Positions 18,570-27,489 of a stretch of DNA of 64,000 nt are shown one piece after another; position 1 is the stretch's first letter, and every line of letters begins with the position of its first letter. Source of the stretch: an uncultured Oscillospiraceae bacterium (GTDB taxonomy: Bacteria > Bacillota > Clostridia > Christensenellales > Aristaeellaceae); NCBI GenBank assembly GCA_964554795.1, contig CAZKQB010000009.1, positions 6,719 to 70,718 of the forward strand, read 5' to 3'. The notes beneath the pieces were generated by a model. The model did no database searches. It saw only the letters and a program-made list of their open reading frames with translations, and was not told the DNA's origin. The position numbers and the translations under genes were made by a program.

Positions 18570-18598
18570 TTGCAATGCTTCGGCGATTCATGTATAAT
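18570..18598 (+). promoter_or_regulatory. sigma-70-like promoter of the LCP gene
   Basis: TTGCAA, 17-nt spacer, TATAAT. Confidence 0.55.
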
Positions 18599-18642
18599 AT
18601 ATACGGGTAACTTTGAAGACCGGATACTGGAGGTACCAATAA

Positions 18643-19923
18643 ATGGATAATCGAAGCACAGAGCCGAAGCGCGTGCGCTCCGCGGCATACAATGCGGAGT
18701 CGGGCGCACGGAGACCGGCTCAGGGTGCGCGCCCGGCAGGTTCTGCACCGCGCCGTTCCGCAAACGGGCAGCGTCCCGTGCAGCAGCGGCCCGGCGCCGC
18801 GCCAAGGAGAGGCGGCCGAAAAAAACGCAATGCCGCGCCGCTGATCGTGCTGGTATTTCTGTTGGTGGCGACGGCTGCTGCCGCGTTTGTGTTGCTGCCC
18901 GGAAGGGAAGCAAAGCCGGACCAAACCGTGGATCCGTCTGCCACGAGTGGAACGCCTGTGGCGACCGGAGGCGATTCGTTCACGGGCGAAGCCTATGAGC
19001 AGATGCTCAAAAACAGCGAGCAGAGTGATGTGAATCTGGCGGACGGAAACTCCATTTCCGTTGAGGATCTAAGCATCACGCCCGGCCTGAGCGAGGACTG
19101 GCTGAACGTGCTTCTGCTGGGCGCGGACGCGCGAAATAAAAACGAGGCTGCGCGTACAGACACCATGATCATCTGCTCGGTCAACAGGATAACCGGAAAT
19201 GTGAAGCTGTCATCCATCATGCGTGATACCGCCGTGACGATTGGCGATCACAAGAATACGCGCATCAACAACGCATATTTTTACGGTGGCGCGCAACTGG
19301 CGATGAAGGTTGTAAACGAGTATTTCGGCATGAACATCCAGAATTATGTATATGTGGATTTTGCAGGGTTTGCAAAAATCGCTGAAATTTTGGGCGGCAT
19401 TGATATTGACATCACGCAGAACGAGATGGACATGATCAACAAGAATGTGAAGGAGCAGCTTTTGATCGAGGTTCGTTACGATGGACGCGATTTCGATGAG
19501 GCCAAGGCGGAATATGAAAGCACGCTTCTGAGCACCTACGGCGCGAATACGCACCTGAATGGCGAGCAGACGCTGGGCTACGCCCGGATTCGTAAGCTGG
19601 ATAGCGACTATGCCCGTGCGGAGCGTCAGCGCAAGGTTCTGAATAAGCTGATGGAGGGGCTGCGAAACGCCAGCGTTACAGAGCTGTTTGGGCTGGTGCC
19701 GCAGTGCTCCCCGTATTTTAAGACCAACCTGCAGGTGACGGAGATTATCAACCTTGCGAAGATTGTTCTTGAACGGGAGGATTTCACCACCGCATCGGAA
19801 ATGCGCTTGCCGGTTACCAACACATACAAGGAGGAACGGCGCAACGACGAGGCCATGCTGTATGATATGGACGTGCAGGCCAATACCGACGCGCTGTACC
19901 AGTTCATCTATCTGAACAACTGA
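18643..19923 (+). CDS. LytR-CpsA-Psr (LCP) family cell-wall glycopolymer ligase
   Basis: 426 aa. Arg/Pro/Ala-rich cytoplasmic tail, one TM segment, then LNVLLLGADARNKNEAARTDTMIICSVN...SIMRDT LCP core. Confidence 0.85.
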   Translation: MDNRSTEPKRVRSAAYNAESGARRPAQGARPAGSAPRRSANGQRPVQQRPGAAPRRGGRKKRNAAPLIVLVFLLVATAAAAFVLLPGREAKPDQTVDPSATSGTPVATGGDSFTGEAYEQMLKNSEQSDVNLADGNSISVEDLSITPGLSEDWLNVLLLGADARNKNEAARTDTMIICSVNRITGNVKLSSIMRDTAVTIGDHKNTRINNAYFYGGAQLAMKVVNEYFGMNIQNYVYVDFAGFAKIAEILGGIDIDITQNEMDMINKNVKEQLLIEVRYDGRDFDEAKAEYESTLLSTYGANTHLNGEQTLGYARIRKLDSDYARAERQRKVLNKLMEGLRNASVTELFGLVPQCSPYFKTNLQVTEIINLAKIVLEREDFTTASEMRLPVTNTYKEERRNDEAMLYDMDVQANTDALYQFIYLNN

Positions 19924-19945
19924 TTTCGTGCCTGGGCGGGTACAA

Positions 19946-19991
19946 AAACAGAAAGACGCCGTTTCCGGTGAGAAGCGGCGTCTTTCTGTTT
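19946..19991. terminator. bidirectional hairpin terminator between convergent genes
   Basis: AAACAGAAAGACGCCG...CGGCGTCTTTCTGTTT, a 16-nt perfect inverted repeat with A/T-rich ends. Confidence 0.75.
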
Positions 19992-20017
19992 GCTGCCCTT
20001 GCGGGAAGGACACTGCG

Positions 20018-21130
20018 CTACGATTTGGGCTTGGGCTGCACGGTGCTCACGATGTATGCACCGGACAGGCGTTCATAGAACAGTGAGCGGTGCATCAGCA
20101 CGCGGACGACCTCAAACAGCAGACAGACCATGTAGCCGACGATGAGCGCAGCCGTTAGGCTTACGGTTGTAAAGGTCGAAAAATGGTTTTCATATTTTAG
20201 AATGCCGATCAGGCGGGCCAGCCACAGCGGAAGATAGACCATAACCAGCGCCATGCTGCCGTAGCGGATGAGATAGCGATACCATTCCGGGCGGGAGCCA
20301 TCCTTTTTTTGAAGGCGCAGTCGCGTGAGGCGGCAGCCGACGGTTTGTCCATGCAGAACAATGGGGCCGACACACTGAAGCAGCGCGACGAACCAGAAGC
20401 GGAAGCCGATATGTAGGATTCCGGAGAGGATCATCGCAAGAATGCCGCAGATGCCAAGATCGTATGTCATGGCCAGCGTACGCCTCAGGAGCGATACGCG
20501 TCGTCCGCGCTCCAGACTGAGAGTGTCCAGCCGATCCCGGCTGGGCAGCCAGCGCGTGAGCGGCCTTGCGAGCCAGAAGCCGAGCATTGTGCCCAGCGTG
20601 TTGATCATCAGATCATCCACGTCGAACAGGCGGTAGCTTCCCGGATAGATGAAGTACAGGCCGGTCAGCTGTGTCAGTTCGAAAAACAGGGACAGCCCAA
20701 AGCCGACCAGCAGCGTTTTTAACCAGCCGCAGCGAAAGTAGTAGCGCAGGTAAATGCCCAGCGGAAGCGTCATTAGCAGGTTGAACGCTGCGCCCAGAAA
20801 CGCCGGGTTGTTGATCAGCGTCAGGAAGGACAGCGGATCCGTCAGGGAAACCCGCGAATCCTTGATGATGTCGGAAACGAAATTGAGGGGGGTCAGCTGC
20901 GCCTTATGTCCCGACAGTGCCCTCGTGGCTTCCCGCGTTGGCAGAGGCAGGATGACCAGACAATATACGCACAGCATGTACAGCGCAAAGGAATACACGA
21001 TCAGGATGCGCAGGCTGAACACGGAGCCATATTTGCGGTAATTGAAGGCGACGTAGGGCAGCGTGAATAAAATCGCGACCAATGGATACAGCACGGCTGC
21101 CTGCTTAAGCGCCTGCAGGTTTTGTTCCAC
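20018..21130 (-). CDS. VanZ-like domain fused to an RDD domain (membrane protein)
   Basis: 370 aa. VanZ pattern (FELTQL...RLFDVDDLMINTLGTMLGFWLA). The C-terminal half is multi-TM with an RDD-like arrangement. Confidence 0.65.
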   Translation of the reverse strand: MEQNLQALKQAAVLYPLVAILFTLPYVAFNYRKYGSVFSLRILIVYSFALYMLCVYCLVILPLPTREATRALSGHKAQLTPLNFVSDIIKDSRVSLTDPLSFLTLINNPAFLGAAFNLLMTLPLGIYLRYYFRCGWLKTLLVGFGLSLFFELTQLTGLYFIYPGSYRLFDVDDLMINTLGTMLGFWLARPLTRWLPSRDRLDTLSLERGRRVSLLRRTLAMTYDLGICGILAMILSGILHIGFRFWFVALLQCVGPIVLHGQTVGCRLTRLRLQKKDGSRPEWYRYLIRYGSMALVMVYLPLWLARLIGILKYENHFSTFTTVSLTAALIVGYMVCLLFEVVRVLMHRSLFYERLSGAYIVSTVQPKPKS

Positions 21131-21148
21131 GTTTTCACTTCCTCGTAA

Positions 21149-21181
21149 GCAAAACCGCGCCGCCGGAGTGGGCGACGCGGG
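21149..21181 (-). terminator. terminator downstream of the M16 peptidase gene
   Basis: CCGCGCCGCC-GGAGTG-GGCGACGCGG. On the - strand it is followed by TTTTGCTT. Confidence 0.6.
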
Positions 21182-21186
21182 ATGAA

Positions 21187-22428
21187 TCAGATTTCAACGG
21201 TCTGCGCGTCGTTTCCGACGACGGCAGCACTGCGGGGCGACGTGAGCACGCGGCGCGTCAGCGCGTTTACGCCTTCAAAGGTGATGCTGCGAATTTTTTG
21301 CACCACATCCTCGTCGGTCTGCGTGTCGCCAAGCAGCAGAAGGCGGCGGCCAATGGCGTTCATGCGGCTGGAGGTGGACTCCTGTCCCAGTATGAAGCCG
21401 GAAAGCAGCTGTTCCTTTGCCTGCCGGAATTCCTTCTCGGTTAATCCGCCCTCAGCCAGCTTTTTTGTTTCCTCATTCAGCATCCGGACGACCTCGCTTG
21501 CATGCTCCGGACTGGTGCCCGCGTACACGGCCAGCACGCCGGTATCGCTCATTGGGTTGGGATAGGAGTAAACCGAATAGGCCATACCGCGCTCCTCGCG
21601 AATCGTCTGAAACAGGCGCGAGGACATGGCGCCGCCATAGGCGCTGTTGAATACCGCCGTGGGATATACGTCGGCTGCGCCGATTCCGCAGGAGGGGAAG
21701 CCGAGGCAGATATGCAGCTGCTCGATATCCTTTTTCCGGCGCATCACGCGGGGGGCAACGACGTTGGTTTTTATGCTCGGGCGCTTTTCTCCCGTTGGCT
21801 GCCAGTTGCCGTACAGAGTCTCTGCCTGCCTGACAACTTCATTCCAGTTATAATTGCCTGCCAGCGCCAGCACCGCGCATTCGGGGCGGTACATGCGGCG
21901 CATGTAGCCTGTGATGTGCTCGCGCGTGAGTGCGGAAACGCTGGCCTCGGTGCCTAAAATAGGCCGCGCGACCGGCTGGTCGCCATAATGCGCCAGCATC
22001 AAAAGCTCGAATACCAGATCCTCCGGCGTATCCTCGGCCATATTGATTTCTTCAATTACTACACCCTTCTCGCGCTCGATGTCCGCGGGATCCAAACGGG
22101 AGGAAAGCACCAGATCGCTGATCACATCCATTGCCAGCGGAAGGTGCCCGTCCACGACCTTGGCGTAGAAGCAGGTGCATTCCTTGCTGGTAAATGCATT
22201 CAGCTGCCCGCCGACAGCGTCCATTTCTTCGGCAATGTCGCGCGCGGAGCGTCTTTCGGTACCCTTGAACAGCATGTGCTCGATAAAGTGGCTGATGCCG
22301 TTTTCACTGGGCGTTTCGTACTGCGAACCGCTTTCTACCCACAGTCCCACCGAAACGGAACGAAAGCCGGGCATATGTTCGCCGATGATACGCAGACCGT
22401 TCGGCAGCGTTTTCAGATCAAATGCCAT
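21187..22428 (-). CDS. M16 family zinc metallopeptidase (YmxG/MlpA-like)
   Basis: The ORF 21187..22440 starts at a TTG. The ATG at 22428 lies 5 nt after GGAGG. HxxEH motif (HFIEH). Conserved rpsO-pnp-M16 synteny. Confidence 0.9.
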   Translation of the reverse strand: MAFDLKTLPNGLRIIGEHMPGFRSVSVGLWVESGSQYETPSENGISHFIEHMLFKGTERRSARDIAEEMDAVGGQLNAFTSKECTCFYAKVVDGHLPLAMDVISDLVLSSRLDPADIEREKGVVIEEINMAEDTPEDLVFELLMLAHYGDQPVARPILGTEASVSALTREHITGYMRRMYRPECAVLALAGNYNWNEVVRQAETLYGNWQPTGEKRPSIKTNVVAPRVMRRKKDIEQLHICLGFPSCGIGAADVYPTAVFNSAYGGAMSSRLFQTIREERGMAYSVYSYPNPMSDTGVLAVYAGTSPEHASEVVRMLNEETKKLAEGGLTEKEFRQAKEQLLSGFILGQESTSSRMNAIGRRLLLLGDTQTDEDVVQKIRSITFEGVNALTRRVLTSPRSAAVVGNDAQTVEI

Positions 22429-22440
22429 ATTTGCCTCCAA

Positions 22441-22482
22441 TAATAAAGACTGCCGTGCGCGGGTATGAGCACCCGCGCGCGG
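22441..22482 (-). terminator. terminator after pnp
   Basis: GCCGTGCGCGGGT-ATGAGC-ACCCGCGCGCGGC. On the - strand it is followed by AGTCTTTATT. Confidence 0.6.
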
Positions 22483-22509
22483 CTTTCGTACTTTTCGTTC
22501 GGGAACCGA

Positions 22510-24669
22510 TTATCTGCGGCCGCCGCGATCTCCGCCGCGACGATTGTCCGGACGCGGGGGACGACGGACGGGCATGGCCTCGTTGTCGTACTTGATGTCG
22601 TTGCGCACCAGATTGATGCGGCCCTGAGAGTCGATTTCCGCTACGCGGCACTCCAGCGTGTCGCCGATGTTCACAACGTCTTCTACCTTTTCCACGCGCT
22701 CGTTGGCAAGCTTGGAAATGTGGATCATGCCGTCCTTTCCCGGGGCGTACTCAACGAACGCGCCAAAGGACATGATGCGGGCAACCTTGCCTACGAATAC
22801 GTCGCCTACCTGCAGCTCGCGCACGATGCCCTCAATGATGGACTTGGCGCGCTGCGCGGCCTGGTCGTCATTGGTGGCGATATAGACGCTGCCGTCATCT
22901 TCGATGTCGATCTTGACACCGGTTTCCTCAATAATCTTGTTGATCATCTTGCCGCGCGGGCCAACGACCTCGCCGATCTTCTCCGGGTTGATCTTGAACT
23001 GGATGATCTTGGGCGCATACTTGCTCAGCTGCGGACGCGGCGCGGGCAGAACCTCGAGCATCTTGCCGAGAATGTGCATGCGGCCGTCATAGGCCTGCGC
23101 GAGCGCCTGACGGAGAATCGCCTCGTCGATGCCCTTGATCTTGATATCCATCTGGATGGCGGTGATGCCCTGCGCGGTGCCGGCAACCTTGAAGTCCATG
23201 TCGCCGAGGAAGTCCTCGAGACCCTGAATGTCGGTCAGCACGGCGACCTTGCCGGTGTTCTCAACGTCCTTGATCAGACCCATGGCTACGCCGGCGACGG
23301 GACGCTTGATCGGCACACCCGCATCCATCAGAGCGAGAGTGGAGCCGCACACGGAGGCCTGAGAGGTGGAGCCGTTGGAGCTCATGACCTCGGAGACAAG
23401 GCGCAGGCAGTAGGGGAACTCGTCCACGCTGGGAATCATCGGCTCCAGAGCGCGCTCGGCCAGAGCACCGTGACCGATTTCGCGGCGTCCCGGGGAGCGG
23501 ATGGGCTTGGCTTCGCCGGTGGAATAGCCGGGGAAGTTATAGTGATGCATGTAGCGCTTGCTGGTTTCGGGGGTGATGCCGTCCAGGATCTGTACCTCGC
23601 TCATCGGAGCCAGCGTGCACACGGTCATAACCTGAGTCTGTCCGCGGGTAAACACGCCGCTGCCATGCGGGCGGGGCAGAACGCCGGTTTCGCACCAGAT
23701 GGGGCGAACCTCGGTGAGCTTGCGGCCGTCGGGACGCACACCGTTGTCGATGATGTGGCGGCGCATAACTTCCTTTTCGATGGCGTACAGCGCGTCGCCA
23801 ACCTCGGCCTCGCGACCCTCGAACTGGGTCTGGAAGTGCTCGGCGACGTCCTTCTTCACCTCGGCCTCGCGGGCATTGCGCTCGCCGCGGTCGAAGGTTT
23901 CGAACATCCACTGTACCTTGTCGTATGCATACTCGCGCACGGCGGCCTTCACGTCGTCGCCGGGCAGCTCAAGGTGGAACTCGCGCTTTTCCTTGCCGAT
24001 TTCGGAGACGATCTGCTCCTGGAACTCGACGATCTTCTTTACCTGCTCATGGGCGAACAGGATGGCCTTCAGCATGACCTCTTCGGAAACCTCGTTGGCG
24101 CCGGCTTCTACCATCAGAACCGCTTCCTTGGTTCCGGCGACGGTAAGGTTCAGGGAGGATACCTCGCGCTGCGCCTGCGTGGGATTGACGACGAGCTCGT
24201 CGTCTACCAAGCCGATGTTCACTGCGCCCACGGGGCCGGCAAACGGAATCTCGGATACGCACAGGGCCGCAGAGGCGCCGATCATGGCAGGCGTTTCGGG
24301 GCTGCAGTCGAAGTCGACGGACATGACGGTGGCGACGACGCTCACGTCATTGCGCATTCCCTTGGGAAAGAGAGGACGCAGAGGACGGTCGATCAGGCGG
24401 GAGGTCAGGATGGCCTTTTCACCCGGACGGCCCTCGCGGCGGTTCCACGAGCCCGGAATATGACCGACGGAGTAGAGCTTTTCTTCGTAATCGACGCTCA
24501 GCGGGAAGAAATCGATGCCGGGACGCGGGGTCTCAGACACGGTGGCATTGACGAGCACGGCGGTGTCGCCGTAGCGAACGAACGTGGAACCGGCGGCCTG
24601 CTCGGCGTATTTGCCGAATTCGAGCGTCAGGGTTCTTCCGCCCAGCTCCATGGAATAGCTTTTGAACAT
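22510..24669 (-). CDS. pnp: polyribonucleotide nucleotidyltransferase (PNPase)
   Basis: 719 aa. Two RNase PH domains plus KH and S1 regions (GDVFVGKVARIMSFGAFVE). AAGGAGG 6 nt upstream. Follows rpsO. Confidence 0.97.
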   Translation of the reverse strand: MFKSYSMELGGRTLTLEFGKYAEQAAGSTFVRYGDTAVLVNATVSETPRPGIDFFPLSVDYEEKLYSVGHIPGSWNRREGRPGEKAILTSRLIDRPLRPLFPKGMRNDVSVVATVMSVDFDCSPETPAMIGASAALCVSEIPFAGPVGAVNIGLVDDELVVNPTQAQREVSSLNLTVAGTKEAVLMVEAGANEVSEEVMLKAILFAHEQVKKIVEFQEQIVSEIGKEKREFHLELPGDDVKAAVREYAYDKVQWMFETFDRGERNAREAEVKKDVAEHFQTQFEGREAEVGDALYAIEKEVMRRHIIDNGVRPDGRKLTEVRPIWCETGVLPRPHGSGVFTRGQTQVMTVCTLAPMSEVQILDGITPETSKRYMHHYNFPGYSTGEAKPIRSPGRREIGHGALAERALEPMIPSVDEFPYCLRLVSEVMSSNGSTSQASVCGSTLALMDAGVPIKRPVAGVAMGLIKDVENTGKVAVLTDIQGLEDFLGDMDFKVAGTAQGITAIQMDIKIKGIDEAILRQALAQAYDGRMHILGKMLEVLPAPRPQLSKYAPKIIQFKINPEKIGEVVGPRGKMINKIIEETGVKIDIEDDGSVYIATNDDQAAQRAKSIIEGIVRELQVGDVFVGKVARIMSFGAFVEYAPGKDGMIHISKLANERVEKVEDVVNIGDTLECRVAEIDSQGRINLVRNDIKYDNEAMPVRRPPRPDNRRGGDRGGRR

Positions 24670-24755
24670 GATGTTCCTCCTTATATTGGTTGGGAAAGTC
24701 TTTGCCTTATAACCGGAATCACAAAAAGAACATGACGCCGAAGACTTGTCCCCGC

Positions 24756-24801
24756 AGGGATGCCGCGCGACCGGTGCAAAGATCCGTCGCGCCGCATCCC
24801 T
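24756..24801 (-). promoter_or_regulatory. long hairpin in the rpsO-pnp intergenic leader (candidate RNase III / PNPase autoregulation site)
   Basis: 16-nt arms AGGGATGCCGCGCGAC / GTCGCGCCGCATCCCT, 15 of 16 complementary, about 90 nt upstream of the pnp start. Confidence 0.5.
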
Positions 24802-24842
24802 ACGGCGAGGTTCTTTTTCAGATCCGGAGACAGCCTTGAATG

Positions 24843-24879
24843 ATGGAAAAGCCGCCGCCCGGTTTTCCCGGGCGACGGC
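24843..24879 (-). terminator. rpsO terminator/attenuator
   Basis: GCCGCCGCCCGG-TTTTC-CCGGGCGACGGC. On the - strand it is followed by TTTTCC. Confidence 0.6.
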
Positions 24880-24915
24880 ACATGCCGCATCGCTCAGGCG
24901 ACAAGCCAGAATAGC

Positions 24916-25176
24916 TTACTTGCGCAGGCCGAGCTTCGCGATCAGGCTACGATAGCTTTCGATATCGGTCTTCTTCAGATAGTCAAGGAGACCTCTGCGC
25001 TGACCAACCATCAGCAGCAGACCGCGGCGGGAATGGTGATCCTTCTTGTTGAGCTTGAGATGCTCGTTCAGGTGATTGATGCGGGCAGTCAGCAGCGCGA
25101 CCTGAACCTCGGGGGAGCCGGTGTCGCCCTCGTGGCGGCCATACTCGGCGATGATGGAGCTCTTGTCGATAGTCAT
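24916..25176 (-). CDS. rpsO: 30S ribosomal protein S15
   Basis: ORF 24916..25218. ATG at 25176 follows [47 protein letters not shown]... is canonical S15. Confidence 0.97.
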   Translation of the reverse strand: MTIDKSSIIAEYGRHEGDTGSPEVQVALLTARINHLNEHLKLNKKDHHSRRGLLLMVGQRRGLLDYLKKTDIESYRSLIAKLGLRK

Positions 25177-25278
25177 GGTGTGTATCCTCCCTGTTTCGTA
25201 TTCCCGCAAACGAAGCATGCCGTCGGGATCGTCGGCAAACCGCGCTCACGGATCAATTGACGCAATGCGCCATTCATT

Positions 25279-25307
25279 ATTTTACCACAGACGGCGGCCT
25301 TTGTAAA
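25279..25307 (-). promoter_or_regulatory. rpsO promoter
   Basis: On the - strand: TTTACA, 17-nt spacer, TAAAAT with a TG extension (TGGTAAAAT). A ~100-nt leader follows. Confidence 0.5.
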
Positions 25308-25332
25308 CGCCTCGCCGCGCGTTAATCAGAAT

Positions 25333-27042
25333 TTAAGGTTCGAAAACGGCGAAATGAATGCCGTTTTCCTGTGCAAAGGCAGCTACGCTGCCGCCTGCGG
25401 GCGCATGGATCGTCAGATTTTCGCAGCCGGCGAAGGCATCCGGGGCAATTTCCGCATCAGCAGAAGCAAAGTAGATGGACAGAAGTCCCTCACAGTCCGC
25501 GAATGCACGGCTTCCGACGGTCGACAGTCCTCGCGGCAGATATACGGTCTGCACGTCGGAGGAGCCTGCGAAGGCTTCCGCCTCTAAGGTCTGCAAGCCC
25601 TCGGGCAGCGACAGCGTGTCGGAGGTCAGCACGAAAACGCGGCATTCATCGCTTCCAGTCGCAAACGAAAGCCGGATGGTTGCGCGTCCAGAGCCAACGG
25701 CACGCACGACTCCGTTTTCCACAGTAACGGCGGTTTCATTGTCGCTCGTCCACAAAAGCCCCTCTGTTGCCGCTTCGGGCAGCTGTACAAAATCCAGCAC
25801 GTCGCGTTCGCCTATGGAGAGAAACAGCGTGTGCGTCCGAAGCGCTGCCTGCTGCACGAGCGCTTTACCGGGATAGGCTTCGCCAAGGTTCAGATAGATC
25901 TCGCACTCCCTCTCCGAAAAACTCGCAAGGTAATAGCCGTACAGGCCGTTCATGTACCGGTTCTCCGAATACCAGCTCTGAAAGGCGCTTTGCAGATCGA
26001 AGGATGCGTCGCTCGTGAGGAAAAAGGCGGCGTAGGAGGTTCCTTCGGTCACCAGCGAAGAAAGCCTACTGTGGAAATCTGCTTCGTCCGAAACGCCGAT
26101 CATCAGATTCCGGAGAGGCTTGGACAGCTCGTCGGACGTACACTCCGGCAGGATTCCGCGCTCCCATGCCCAGCTGTGATCAAGAGCCATCTGCTCGTCG
26201 CTAAGGCCGAAATAGCTGTGCCTTTCACTTCCGCCGCCGGTTGGGTCATCCCATGTGCAGTCGACATGATACCAGCTGCCGTCCAGCTTTACAAGGTTCC
26301 ATGCGTGGCTGACGCCATCTGCCGTGCCGGAAATAAACACACATTCGATGCCGATTTCGTGAAGTAGCAGATCATACGCCAGCGCATAGCTCTGGCACAC
26401 GCCTGTGCCGTGCAAAAGCACGCCGTCGGCATAATAATAGGAATAGCTTTCGTCGTAGTCGGCATTGTAAATCAGCCAATCGTGCAGCCATAGGGCGCGC
26501 GAGTATTCGCTGCGCCCCGCCTGCCGCAGGCATTCCGCAGCCAGTAGCCGAACCTTGCCGGGCACGGTGTCGGCGTTGTTTGCTGTGTCTGCGGGAAATG
26601 CTTCAAAGATTTGGCTCTGCCAGCTGATGTACTCGCCTGCTTCGTCGTATACTACAACCAGGAGCATGTATTGGCCGGAGGCATATGTGGGCGTATAGGT
26701 AAGAGAAGCGTTTGTGCTTTGTTTGCGCTGGTACAGATGGGTGAGAGAGCCCGTGTTGCCCTTTCGGTAATAGACGTTAAAGACATAGCTGTATTCGCCG
26801 TCGCCGCCGGCAGCATGAATGGTGAATGTCGCAGGACGGCCGGAAACCAGATAGCGCGTATCCGCATCCAGATAGGCGACGGTCAGCTCGTCCAGCCGCG
26901 CCCGCGAGGTCTGCGCGCGCCAGCGACCGCGCTCGACGATTCCGCCGCGGTATTCAATTGTTCCCGGCACTTCCGCCCGCGCCGAAGAAGGAAAAGGCAG
27001 GAGGGTGCAGAGCGCAAGCAGCAGGGAGAGGATGCGTTTCAT
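25333..27042 (-). CDS. secreted multidomain protein: transglutaminase-like cysteine protease core + Big_2 + BspA-type leucine-rich repeats
   Basis: ORF 25333..27180. ATG at 27042 gives the signal peptide MKRILSLLLALCTLLPFPSSARA. Cys-His-Asp core (GVCQSYA, SHAWN, DCTWDD). C-terminal LRR_5-like repeats (AFAGSSDVQTVYLP..., AFADCEGLLSIYF..., AFAGCENLTIHAP). Confidence 0.75.
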   Translation of the reverse strand: MKRILSLLLALCTLLPFPSSARAEVPGTIEYRGGIVERGRWRAQTSRARLDELTVAYLDADTRYLVSGRPATFTIHAAGGDGEYSYVFNVYYRKGNTGSLTHLYQRKQSTNASLTYTPTYASGQYMLLVVVYDEAGEYISWQSQIFEAFPADTANNADTVPGKVRLLAAECLRQAGRSEYSRALWLHDWLIYNADYDESYSYYYADGVLLHGTGVCQSYALAYDLLLHEIGIECVFISGTADGVSHAWNLVKLDGSWYHVDCTWDDPTGGGSERHSYFGLSDEQMALDHSWAWERGILPECTSDELSKPLRNLMIGVSDEADFHSRLSSLVTEGTSYAAFFLTSDASFDLQSAFQSWYSENRYMNGLYGYYLASFSERECEIYLNLGEAYPGKALVQQAALRTHTLFLSIGERDVLDFVQLPEAATEGLLWTSDNETAVTVENGVVRAVGSGRATIRLSFATGSDECRVFVLTSDTLSLPEGLQTLEAEAFAGSSDVQTVYLPRGLSTVGSRAFADCEGLLSIYFASADAEIAPDAFAGCENLTIHAPAGGSVAAFAQENGIHFAVFEP

Positions 27043-27088
27043 GGCGTTTGCCCCTTTCGCAGCGTTTTTCGTATGCTGTATCATTATT

Positions 27089-27117
27089 ATTATAGCATTT
27101 TGACAGCGGATTGTCCA
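27089..27117 (-). promoter_or_regulatory. promoter of the secreted transglutaminase-like gene
   Basis: On the - strand: TGGACA, 17-nt spacer, TATAAT with a TG extension (TGCTATAAT). Confidence 0.5.
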
Positions 27118-27489
27118 GAACACAAAGGAAGCATGCCGCGTCCGCAGCATCAGATTGGGCCAACATTCCGGAAAGGGCATGAAAAGCCGGAAGGGGAGCG
27201 TGCGCCTGCAACGGCGGGGAAGAGAGTGGGATTGCGGGAATCGGAGCAGCCTTTTGTGTCTCAGCGCAGCGGAACGACAAAAAGGGGACTGCGCGGCGAG
27301 TCTCAGCCTTCAAGGCAGCGGCTCGGCACGTTCCTTCACTTTCATTAGGAAACGGCTTCAGAATCCTTCAGGTTCCGACCACATTTCGCCTATGGTTTGT
27401 ACGCGGGGCATATAGATTGTCAGCTATAATGACATGCGTTATGGAAAACGGCGCATAAGATGTTTCCATACATTTATTTATGGGAGGCG

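Noticed and set aside
22465-24735. 756-aa ORF on the + strand covering the whole pnp locus
   Set aside because: It is the mirror frame of an unmistakable PNPase gene. The translation is low-complexity (G/A/L/V/D/H-rich) with no RBS or recognisable motif. Long antisense ORFs are expected in GC-rich coding DNA.
27255-27310. Two GCTGAGA boxes on the - strand reminiscent of the TPP riboswitch
   Set aside because: The rest of the THI-box is missing (ACCTGATCTGGATAATGCCAGCG-like segment and pyrimidine-sensor helix). No thiamine-related gene lies downstream on that strand.
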